From assembly GCA_047495785.1 (NCBI GenBank), contig JBLDXI010000002.1:2170001-2234000 (forward strand): 64,000 nt of DNA, written 5' to 3'. Origin of the DNA: Lepidodermella squamata. Taxonomy: Eukaryota; Animalia; Gastrotricha. The position numbers were made by a program, and so were the translations under genes. The first letter of the stretch is position 1. Each line of letters opens with the position of its first letter. The notes under the pieces were generated by a model. That model made no database searches and was not told the origin of the DNA. It saw only the letters and a list, made by a program, of their open reading frames with translations. Below, one piece after another: positions 12,143-22,678 of the stretch.

Positions 12143-13180
12143 TCAAAACGCAGCTCGCCTTTGCCCGCATTCGACCGGATACTGAACAAAGCCGCGTTGC
12201 AGGCTTACTGTCCGCTCGATCGACAGAGCGGCGGTTCTCATGCTCTTCGCTGTCGCAAGCATGTCGCTGATCTGCTTCGGAATCTGGAAAAGCCGCTTGT
12301 CCTCCATATTCTCGTCGCTAGGTATCATTAACACGGCAGTTCCAGCTTGAATTCGCGTCATTTTATCGGACTGAAATGTCACAACGCAGTGATGCTGAGT
12401 GTTATCGGCGTTCGAAAATGAAACCACGCAATCTTCAAGCGACTCCATTAAATTGCAACTGACCAGTTTCCCTTTCATGGTCTTACTAATAATGATTTTC
12501 GGCGTTTGAGACCGCGAGATGTTGACGAAATTCGCAGCGCATCGATATCGGCCGTATAACGAGCTGGGCAGTGAGTCGTATCGAAACGTCCTTACTTCAA
12601 TATTCGTCACGCCATCTCGCAGCAATTTATCGATGGTCGTCGGTCGTGCTGTGTTGAAAGCAACTTGCTGTAGTCGTAGCCGGGCTGTGGTAACGGAGTC
12701 GCCATCCGCGCTGATTTGAACGATTTCGCGAATAGCAACGCGTGATTTTGTCAATTTCTCCAAAATGACGGTTCCAGTTTTAAGGATGCTCAATGCGAAT
12801 CCGTCGAACACGCTGCGGGCCGGTTTCAAACGAAGCGCGCACAATTTAGCCGGCCGTTCTGGTTGAGTGATCACGACCTGCGGTTTCGGCGCGGCTGGTA
12901 ACACGGGCTTCTCTTCGGATAACCGGCCAACGACTCGGCCGAGATTCGTTTTGCTAGCCATGTTTCGAATATCGAGTAACGGCGCGCGCACCTGCGGCGG
13001 CTTCTGCAGCGGCCCGTCCGTTTTCGAATTATTAAGGTGGCACGAGCAGGTTGAAGACCCGGATGAAGCCGAAAATGAGTGGCGCGCCTCTGCCATGGAC
13101 AAATTTTGGTAAGTCGGCAGGCGAGTCAGTGTACTTCTCGGCGAGCTGGGTGATACACTACTGCGGTAGTCGACGATCAT
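12143..13180 (-). CDS. Intronless protein carrying a PLK4-type cryptic polo box (PB1-PB2) but no kinase domain
   Basis: RLKPAR...LSILKTGTVILE, EIVQISADG, YDSLPSSLYGRYRCAANFVNISRSQTPKI and CNLME align by eye to PLK4 [44 protein letters not shown] and CILME. Confidence 0.8.
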   Translation of the reverse strand: MIVDYRSSVSPSSPRSTLTRLPTYQNLSMAEARHSFSASSGSSTCSCHLNNSKTDGPLQKPPQVRAPLLDIRNMASKTNLGRVVGRLSEEKPVLPAAPKPQVVITQPERPAKLCALRLKPARSVFDGFALSILKTGTVILEKLTKSRVAIREIVQISADGDSVTTARLRLQQVAFNTARPTTIDKLLRDGVTNIEVRTFRYDSLPSSLYGRYRCAANFVNISRSQTPKIIISKTMKGKLVSCNLMESLEDCVVSFSNADNTQHHCVVTFQSDKMTRIQAGTAVLMIPSDENMEDKRLFQIPKQISDMLATAKSMRTAALSIERTVSLQRGFVQYPVECGQRRAAF

Positions 13181-13281
13181 AATAGCGTGTTCAGCAATAA
13201 AGCGAGAAAATGAGTGATAGGTAGTAAAGTAAATTGCGACACGGTTATGCTCTTCCTGTTTATCGAGTGTTATCCAATAAT

Positions 13282-13525
13282 ATGACAGTGATTATGGCGC
13301 CTATCTCCCGGTTAGCACGAGTGGGCGGCTAATCTTCTTTAAGGTGGACAAGTGCACGGCCAGGGGTCGTTCGGAGGTTCATCTTCTTCGCCCGGGTGCT
13401 AGACGTGCGCGTTCATAGGCCAGCCGCGCGCACCCACGCCGTGAGGCTAATCTGGAGTCACCCTGCGCGGGGCGCGTGCGCACCTCCGCTGCTAATGAAG
13501 TCGAGCCCGGGTTCATTATTGTCAT
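13282..13525 (+). ncRNA. Candidate structured non-coding RNA or GC-rich regulatory island
   Basis: GC-rich island closed by an 11-bp stem with two G-U pairs on the + strand, plus several internal stems; no known family recognised. Confidence 0.3.
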
Positions 13526-13673
13526 TGTTTTATTACAATACGCAGCACCAACCAGACAACGCCAAATCAAAATTCACTAATTTGATAATTCGAAGACAAT
13601 AGCGCCAAGAAGTTAATCATGCCAAAATTGCGGAAATCGTCGTATAAGAAGATTAACAAATACGCTGAAGAGG

Positions 13674-14861
13674 CTAAACACGTGACTCTTGTCGACACAA
13701 GGGTCGCTCCTCTCTTGTCTGGAGTGGCATCTTGATTTTCGAGGAGTAGCGACCTCGCATCGAAATGGGCCGATTTCTGCGTGTATATAATGATGATCGT
13801 GTCGTTCTGCTATCAAATTTTGCTTTCGGGGTCATCTCGACTTTCGTTGACCTGAGGAGACAAAGTGAGCGAAATTGAAGACATTATTCGAAATGCTTAC
13901 CCTCCGCAGCCAAATTTATAAAAAATTAGCGGCACAGGTAGAAGCTGCCCGAACATAAAAATATTATTTCTTCATCGAATGATTGGGTATATTTTTACCG
14001 AAACAAGCGAAATTTTGAACATTTGAAATGCGATTAAGATACTGATGAAATCGATATAGACCTTATCTACCATTAGTTGATTTGGCGAAATAGCCAGCAT
14101 CGACGTAAGCTGAGAGGGTAATGTTGCATAAATCCACAGCCCGATCAGCATGTAAAAAATGGGCGGAGTCGAGAATATGATAATTATCTTAAACCCAAAT
14201 CGCACAATTCGAAAATATTCATCGCATTATTAGGTAAATTACCTTTATTTTTTGACGGCGATTCAGCGTATTTATCGGGTTAGAAAATTTCTGCCGCGCA
14301 ATATATACCGACTCGCCGAGGCAGAAAACTCCACCAATCAAACTGAGAGCTGCTTTAAAGACATTTTCTCAGTGATTTTTTCGGCTCCTGATTTCTCAAC
14401 AAAAATACCGATTGCGAAGAGATCCTGGACAAATTTAAAATCACGCCCACTAGCATCAAGCTTTCCGTCTATTCCGCAGAGATAGGGTCGAAATCGACCA
14501 CCATTAACGATGAAAAACGAAATGAAAACAGTTGTCGCAATCATATCGCCCAAGCCCGAAAACTTGAAAAATATTTGGTAGAAAAAAATGGAAATATTTG
14601 GCTCAAAGTGTTTACCACCAGAATTGCGCTTATGATGATAGATGCAGTTTTATCATTGAATGACAGCAAACATTGGATGCATTTTGAATTTTTCGGTTGA
14701 TTTTTCGGCGCATTTTTCGAACTATTTTTGCTGCTGCTTTTAAGTGCCAATCGAAATTGCTTGATTGCTGGGACGAGTTTTCCAGCTCGTTGGCTGTAGT
14801 TGAAATAGCGGGTTAATTTAGCCGGTTCGGACTTGGCGCGTGGAATCATCGAATTATTCAT
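13674..14861 (-). CDS. Uncharacterised multi-pass (~4 TM) membrane protein, ~6 exons
   Basis: Fragment ORFs 14541..14861, 14338..14553 and 13972..14205 plus small exons join in frame over five short GT-AG introns; hydrophobic segments ASIIISAILVFSGLG, ALSLIGGVFCLG, IIIIFSTPPIFYMLIGLWIY and FISILIAFQMFKISLVSLLPVPLIF; stop at 13674-13676. Confidence 0.7.
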
Positions 14862-15338
14862 AGGTTTATAAACATCGGAAAGTGTGACACTCGAAAATAA
14901 CGCGCGTGATATCAGCTGCGGATGAATATATTCTCTTCATACGCGCGAATAATTAAAACGCGTCCTTCCTGCTGTTGCGAGGCGAACAGGAAACTATCTT
15001 GTAAGGACTCCTTCGGTGATCAACAACATCTTGCATAAGCTTCGTTTATTTAATAATAACCCAAAATATCTCAGAGATGCTGATCGACAAACAATGATTG
15101 TTAAATATATATTAAATTACGCTATTTATAGTTAAGGAGTGCGTCGGAAAATTTTCCTCTTTCTCACGATTTGAAACACATAGTAAAAAAAAATTTGGCG
15201 ACTGAGAAGAATAAAGGCACAGAATAACGTAAAGGTATAACACAATGATTTGAACGACTTCAATATATTAATATATCACAGTTAATTTTCTTGATTTCTT
15301 TCGAATTTTCGGCACGAAAAATCGTTTGAAAGAATGCT

Positions 15339-18300
15339 TCATTTTGTGCTCAAAGTGTCAGCGAATGAGATCACGCTCATCGTATCCAGCAGTTTGTGCT
15401 CCTCAACCAGCGCCTCTATCGGGTTAAGCAACATTTTACTGCTGCCAACTAGCAAACTCGAGTTATTATTGCCGTCTTTTGAACCGTTATTTCCATCGGC
15501 GATAGGAGGCGAATCTGGCCCGTTAATTTTGTCCAGCTCTTCTAACAATTTCGAAACATCTGTATTCCCACTAATCAACGCCCCACCATCGATTGATGAT
15601 ACAGATGAAGCCAGAGAGTCCGTTTGAACAGTTAGCTGTTCAATCAATGATTTCATTGGTTCGATCATTTTCGAAGATTTTTTCGGGGGAGACGACGCCT
15701 TTGGCCCTGGATTATCGTTTGTTAACGATTTATTAGCTTCTTGAGGTGATGCTGGAAAAAATGAGAAATAATAAATAATCCGCCTTAATTTTTCCACCTT
15801 ACCAATTAATAAGTGCATCATTGATTTTGAAACGTTATCAACGTCTTCATCAACTGTCGCAGCGATTGAAGATTGGACATTCGTGCTTGTACTTGTGCTT
15901 TTCGCGATACTGCTCGATGAAGACGATTGCCTCATGCGGCGGTTACGTTTCTGATCACTGCTGGTTGCTACGGCGGTCGGGACAGAAAATTCTCGCTTAA
16001 CAACGGGTTTGGCGGTTGATTCGACCGGTTTTCGTTTCGGCTCGTCTTTCACCCAAGCGAATTTCGGCTTTATCGTTGCCTCTTTCGCCGGTTTTTCCGG
16101 TAATTTTTCATCGAGTTTTAGGGTGTCTTCACAGATATCCAGCGAATCATGGAGAACAAGAAGCGAAGGACTCATCATATTTGCTAGATCTGGTGTCGAT
16201 GAACTGAGGCCGATGGTCTAAAATTCGATAAATTGAATAAAAAATCAGACTATTAATGCTTAAATTACCCTGTTCAGGTCAGAAACAGATGAAATAATTG
16301 CTTTGTCTCGGGCTGAAAGCGGGGTCGATGCTCGAAGTAGTTCGATAGTTGGAATTGAAGACCCCGGCGGTGAATCATCGCTTGCTAAACTAGGCAGTGA
16401 ACATGTCCTGAGGAGTTTGAAATCCGCCACATCGAATTGACCAGTCGCAATTTTTAGAGCAACACTGTCCTTGCTTGAAATCAACGACCCAGTCGAATCA
16501 TCCTTGCTCAACTGCGATTTAGCGACCCATGGTGGGCGTTGTTTGCTGCCCTTTGACACGACGAAAGTTCCATCGGCTGCATTTTTATCATCGGTTTTCG
16601 CGTCCTTCGGCGCAAGTGACCAGGGCTTTCGAGGTGTCGATTTCGGCTCTGGCTGCCTGTTTTCGTGGGTCGCAGCCATTTTCGAACCAGTCATTTCCGG
16701 GGTCAAAGATGCCAGATCGTCTGATATACTTTGGTTCGGCAACCAATACGGACGGTCGCCAATTATAATCGGCGGATTTGCATTCGCTTTTTGAAGCTCG
16801 GCCTGCCTCATTCGCTTCAGTTGCTGCTGGTCGATAGGCAGGGCTGGTTCTCGAACCGGGGGAGGCGTGTTGTCTTGGTCAGTTTGCCGAGGTGTCATTG
16901 CTTTCTTCACGATCTCCAGCGCGTCGGTCAATCGAGGAGTCACAGATGGAACTACCGATGCAGGAACTCGCGGTGAGGGTGGTATACCCGGTACTTGCAC
17001 TATCCTCAGCGCTTCGGTCAAATTTGGCGCAGACCCGGGGGTGCCACTCGGTGGCTGGACAGGTGCTTGTTGCGGCCGGCGAGCATCAGCTGACGGTTGA
17101 CGAGACGCAACAGCCTGGTTCTGACGATTCCCAGCAGCGGATGGCGGCCTCACTTGCGGCGTTTTATTCACCTGTTGCTGATAGGCAGCAGCAAGTAGAG
17201 CCTGTCGGCTTCGAAGATTTGCCTGGCGAATTCTTTGCAGCCGGTCGAAAACCATTTGGTCTCGGTTCAAAACTGGCGGTTTCTTGTTGTTTTGAGGGAC
17301 GTTTTTCATCGGTCGGACAAAACCGCCTCGTTTCGGTTCATTGTGCTGTGCAGCGGCGGCAACGTTAGCAGATGATGGCCGTTTGGCAGCCTGGGGCTGC
17401 ACATTGCCTGGTTGATTTTGCACAAGTTGCCGCGCAAGAGCTGGATTCACAACTTGAATTCTACCACCCTGAGCTGCGGTCGACGGTCGTTGCTGCTGCT
17501 GAGGGGCAACAGGAGGCTGCTGGGGGCTTGGTCTAGGCGTGGGGCCGTTATTATTGTTTGGCTGAGGTGGCAGTACGTTTGCTGGGTCCACGACAGGCGC
17601 TTGGTACCGTCGAACTTCGAGCTGCTTGAGAAAATCAAGGTAACTCTGGTAATTTCCACGCTCTCCGTTTCTCGACGCTGACGGGAACGGTAGCGGCCGA
17701 AATGCTGGAATGTTATTCGCCTGATTTGCCCTGCTATTGTCCTGTCTATTGCGTTCTGGTGCTCTATTTTGAGCAGGGTTCATCATGTATTGATCACGTC
17801 GCGGGTCAGAATCAGGCGAGTCCGGCAAACCACGAACAGCTTCCTCGTCGATAGCATTCCGTATCCTCTGGGCGTTCGGCACCACAGCTGCTTGGTGACG
17901 ATTGCCCTCGGCGGCAGTAGAAGGACGCTGGGGACCACCAGCCGGCTGAACGGAGGCTGGAACGCCATTTCCTCCCGGAGGTCTAGACTGAGGAGTTTGC
18001 GCTGATTGAGGCCGGCGAGCTAAATGACACACAACATGCAATGAATTCAAACAGCGCCAGAGGCTATTTACCATTTGCACCATTAGCTGCGCCCCTTCCA
18101 GCACCGTTCCGAGGCAGCTGTTTCAATAGCCGTTCGCCGTGTAGTATTGTGTGCGAAAACTCGGTCGCATATTGCTAAAATAAAGCATTTGACAATAAAA
18201 CCTAAACAGTAATAAAGCTCCCTAGCTTACCTCTTCCGACAAAAATTTTGTTATTCTGCGATTAACCAGCGGTCGCTGTAATAGAGTATGGACTGACGGT

Positions 18301-19037
18301 CTGTCACGGGGATTCTTTTTCAAGATGGATGAGATAAAGAGAAGTAAATCCGGAGTGTAAGTGCGAGAAATCGGAGGCGGCGTTCCGTTTTGAATTTTCT
18401 GCATCACCGCTCGCAGATTCTGGCCATCGAAAGCATGTCGCAGAGTAGCAAGCTCGTAAAAGACACACCCCAAAGACCAAATGTCAGACTTGTGGTTGTA
18501 AGGTTTTCCCATGCAGATTTCAGGACTGAAGTAGTATGGCGTGCCAATGAGCGTATGCGATAGCTGTACTGTGCTGTCCAAAATTTTTGCAATGCCAAAG
18601 TCACCGAGTTTAATCTGACCGGATCTAGTCAGGAAAATGTTCTGACATTTAATGTCACGATGGAGAATATTTCTGTCGTGAATGTGTTTTACAGCCAGGC
18701 AAAGTTGGACAATCCAGTCAAGTATTTCATCTTCCGGAAAAAGACGGCCGTGTTGATTGTTGATCTTTGCTGCCAAGTCGCCGCCATCACAGTAATCCAT
18801 GACGATATAGAGATTGCCGAATTCTTCAAACGAGTCATGATATGTAACTATTGAAGGGTGCTTTAATTGAGCAAGGACAGCAGTTTCTCTCCGCGCATCC
18901 TCGCGCTCTTTGGGTGGCAACTTAGAAAGACATGTTTCTTTCACAACAAGTTGCGCACCACTCGCCTTTTCTTTCATCAGGTATGCCTTCCCAAAGGCAC
19001 CCTCCCCGATCTTGCGAATTTTTTCATAACGGTTCAT
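15339..19037 (-). CDS. NEK1: NIMA-related kinase NEK1-like, ~1160 aa, 5 exons
   Basis: MNRYEKIRKIGEGAFGKA, HRDIKCQNIFL, DFGIAK, GTPYYFSPE, then EFSHTILH and a long low-complexity tail; exons ~19037-18231, 18174-18072, 18019-16269, 16217-15803 and 15751-15339. Confidence 0.9.
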
Positions 19038-19519
19038 CTTTTCTCATATTGCAAATGAATGATTGAATTCATTAACGTCACCTAGATAGACATCAGCATA
19101 ATAATACCTATCAGTCAGCATTCAAGTCAGGTAGTGTTAGTCAGGTTTATGAAAGAGAGCGGCGTAGTAAGTTAAACCTGTTTATGTAAGTATCTGGGCG
19201 GTGATCGTTTCGGATGGACTGGTGTAACGAATGGCCTAGCTGAGTATAACACAGCCAAGATAACTGGCTATGACGATTTGCAACTAGAGAAGCACATTCT
19301 AATGATAAGCCTTCAAAAACTTGCGCAGTGGAAAGAAAGGTATACCCAGACTTGTGGGACCACCCTCTAACTCATGGATTGCCGATCCGTTGCGAATGTA
19401 AATCATCATATGCATTTTTCTTATTTTTCACGATACAAAAATATACAAGTAAAAAGCAAGCACATATTTTTATTAATAAATTATGTCGTAACTCAATAGC
19501 AGCTAAGAATAAAAAAAGC

Positions 19520-20070
19520 GAATCGAGAATCGCGAAAACCCCGAAAACCCGAAAACCCTCCCGCTCGGTCCCCCATCGCAGTCCTAAATTCTCTACTCCC
19601 TCCCGGTCCACTGCCACCTCCTGTCTAGAAGCAGCCCAACTAGATCATATTCTTGCTATCATAGTCTGTCCATGTATCCTATTCTCTGCTCAGACATCTA
19701 CTGGTCTCAATTAAACAACTAATGCTCAAAATCCAATGCTCATATATCTATCTCACAGCCTATCCCGAGTCAAAATAATGTCCGGTTACATTCGCTGCTC
19801 AGCTTCCTTATTTTTTATTCCTTTAACCGTATCACTGCCCGGCTGTAATATATACTGTATGATCCCTCTATACACCTGTAAATGTATTGCTGCAATTGAT
19901 AAATAATACTGCTGGACTAAATTCCTAGACTTATGTATGCACCCCAGCTAGTGACTATAACATACTGCCGAAGGCAAATGTAGTTAGCTCCTACGCCCAC
20001 GGGCCCTATGTAAAATGTTAAATTATTGTAAATAATACATAAGGTTCAAATAAAGAAGATTTTTTTTTTT
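19520..20070 (+). mobile_element. Possible 3' UTR/end of a non-LTR retrotransposon
   Basis: Non-coding pyrimidine-rich tract, stem-loop (TGCC-GAA-GGCA), then AATAAA followed by a homopolymer run. Confidence 0.3.
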
Positions 20071-20835
20071 GAGACGCTGTTTTGGAGAGCTTGTTTGCTG
20101 CCTCAACTTCGAGGGACAATGGACTAGTTCTAGCGAAGCCCATTGAATCTTGATTCTTGATTCGCACCCATTGCATCTCACTAAAGTTATTTTTGTACTT
20201 CAGTGAATTCTATGGCCTATGATATTTTTGTACTGTAAGTTTTTAGTATTTACAAAGGGGCTGGAATCTTAGTGTTCATCAATCTGCTGTGGTAATCTGA
20301 GTCGGCTTTCTTTTCACTCGTAACAGTAACTATTTACGAAATATTGATATAAGTGAAAGTTGAATAGGCTCTCCAGAACTTCCTGGAAAGCCATGCTAAT
20401 TTTCGTTTGTTTCGTCATTGTTAGAGGATGTTGTGTTTTGTGTTTTGTGTTTGTGTTATTGTTCAGACTGTCGTGGTAGTTTCGATAGATATAGTCTCGC
20501 CTCTTCGACTTTCTCCTCGTATTGGGCATGAGCAGTTTAATATTTAATGACCACATGCGATAAGCACTTATTTCAATGATGAATTATCATAATCTGCTAC
20601 ACTAGATTTATAGTACTAATGGTAATTATGGCATATAATAGTGTCTGGGTGCCAACTAAGCTATAAATTCCTATCATTTCAACTCAGCCTCAGCCGCTTT
20701 GGGCAAGAGACTCTCCCACACCGAAACAGCAGTGCGCCAATTGTCAATATTCATGCATATAGCACTTTGAAAATGACAATTATTTATGAATTTTTGTTGA
20801 TTAACAGATATTTTATAAACTTGAAGTTGGATGAT

Positions 20836-21549
20836 ATGGTGGGGTCTGACATTCGCCCAGAATTCACCCTTTTTGTTATCGACAGTGGAACTGAAATCCG
20901 ACGTTATTATGATCAGCAGAGATCAGAGCCTCTCTTCGACACAGTTTGCCGGACCCTTCTAAATTACATTGAGATTAAGCTGTCATTCAAAGCCGGACAT
21001 CAATTTTCACTCGCACACTTCGACGACGCTTCCAAATTTTCTAGCTGCTTTGATTTCACTGACGACCGAGGTACTATCGACTCCTGTTTACAAAATCTCC
21101 AACGTCAGAATGCGACGCTGAGACGCCAGCAAGCCTCACAAATTCAACAACCAGCTGAACCTATTGATATCAACGGATTCTCGTTTTCATCAGTCTTTTC
21201 ATGGCTGAGTAACATAATGACTCCATCAAAACTGCTTGTCCATGTCATTATCATTAACTGCCGATTGAGCGAACCATTTGTTGATTCAAATGACCGGATG
21301 ATGAGAAAGTTTCTTGATGACAAGAAAAACTGCCTGATTGATTTTGTCAATATCACGGACGAGGAATCGCCCGATGGCAGTGCTTTTCTGCATGCTTTGT
21401 GGCCTAGGATCAGTCATCTCGGCAATATTCAGTTGTACGACGTTCCGCCGGAGCCTTTGAGAATTTACAATCAATTTGCCCGGTTACTGCCTCATCCGGA
21501 CTTCCTGACAGGAATACAACCGCAAGACGCGGCCGACTCTAGGCTTTAA
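20836..21549 (+). CDS. BABAM1: BRISC/BRCA1-A complex member MERIT40-like vWA protein
   Basis: PEFTLFVID, IEIKLSFKAGHQFSL and C-terminal IYNQFARLLPHP match BABAM1 PEKVIICLD, VRTKHKIDKSHEFAL and LHNCMAKLLAHP; first in-frame ATG after the acceptor at ~20807. Confidence 0.75.
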   Translation: MVGSDIRPEFTLFVIDSGTEIRRYYDQQRSEPLFDTVCRTLLNYIEIKLSFKAGHQFSLAHFDDASKFSSCFDFTDDRGTIDSCLQNLQRQNATLRRQQASQIQQPAEPIDINGFSFSSVFSWLSNIMTPSKLLVHVIIINCRLSEPFVDSNDRMMRKFLDDKKNCLIDFVNITDEESPDGSAFLHALWPRISHLGNIQLYDVPPEPLRIYNQFARLLPHPDFLTGIQPQDAADSRL

Positions 21550-21650
21550 CGAAACAATTGAACCTGTGCTTATTTTTACGCATTATTCGTTATTACATGA
21601 TGTTTGAAGTTTATTATTATGTTCAATTTTTTGTAGAGCTTTAAAGAGAA

Positions 21651-22125
21651 ATGGCGGCTAAAGATGCTGACCTGCCTTGGCCGGTCGATCCCGAAGGAAA
21701 ACCGAGCTCAATGACTCAATTCAACTCACATGGTCCCAGCTGGCTCGAACGCCTTCTTCCAATTGCGGGTTTCTCTCTTCCAGTCCTCGTGAACCGTATC
21801 TATTACCGGAGACCGTGGCATGCAAGTAAGTGATGACTAACATTACGTGGCCAGGAATAAAAATGCGTTTTACTCAGATATTTACCTCCATGTTGCGTTT
21901 GCTGGTGCCGGTTTCGCCCTCGCTCGTTGGATCAACAAATACGAAGGTGAACTCACCCATCAACGTGAAGTGGTTGTATACGACTACCTAAGGCGCCACC
22001 CCGAACTGCTAGAAGATCAAAGTAAGATTCTTGAAAATTCGCAATATTTAAATAATATTTGTTGATTTATTTCAGAACCAAAGAAGGTCGGCGAAGTTCT
22101 GGTGCCATGGCGCGTGTGCCGTTAA
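21651..22125 (+). CDS. NDUFC2: NADH dehydrogenase subunit B14.5b, 3 exons
   Basis: ~122 aa with two hydrophobic segments; RRPW, REVVVYDYLRRHPE and terminal KKVGEVLVPWRVCR. Confidence 0.85.
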
Positions 22126-22678
22126 TACCCGGCCGGGCTGTCATCAGCCGACTCTATATTTGCTGCCCATTGTATAATAGCAAACTGTTACCAGGTCATA
22201 TAAAATAACGAGAATCCGTGATTTCCTTCGACGAACCCAAAAGGAAACGTTAGCATCGTTTACTCACTTTGATTTAGTCAAGAATGCCACCCTTCGGAAA
22301 TTATTGCTAAAATAAAGCTGGAAACCCGTTGTGATACGCGTCCATTGTCTTTTATCTTTTGTTTGAGCCGATAACCTGAAAGTATTTGAAGATGAAAAAA
22401 ATTGGAGAACAGCCGATAATCGCTTGGCAATCGTTTTATTGTTTTACAAACACACTGTTTCAAAGACGCATTTTGACGCGCTCTTTCCAAGTGAACAATC
22501 GTGAGCAAAGAGATGATTTTAAGGTGCTACCGACAACACACGCATGGAAATTAGAATAACAGGAGGCGTATAACATTTCTTTTTCCATAAGGTTATTTAC
22601 AAGCACAACAAGATCACATCAATTTGATGACATGCGTACGTACATATAAAGACAACGAGCGAGATCGCCAGGATACAC

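Noticed and set aside
13441-13463. GTGAGGCTAATCTGG..GTCACCC resembles the 7SK 5' end, and CGGGTTCATT near 13508 resembles RNase MRP CR-V
   Set aside because: The 7SK GATC motifs are absent and the match is internal; no CR-I partner can form the P4 helix.
15334-18005. Many + strand ORFs over NEK1, and similar antisense ORFs over the mucin-like, MTUS-like, TAF7, V-ATPase and last genes
   Set aside because: Shadow frames of real coding exons on the opposite strand; no motifs of their own.
20641-20835. N-terminal extensions of ORF-track calls (BABAM1 from 20641, orphan from 52818, NEK1 exon from 18104)
   Set aside because: They begin at GTG/TTG and run through intron- or outron-like sequence upstream of splice acceptors.
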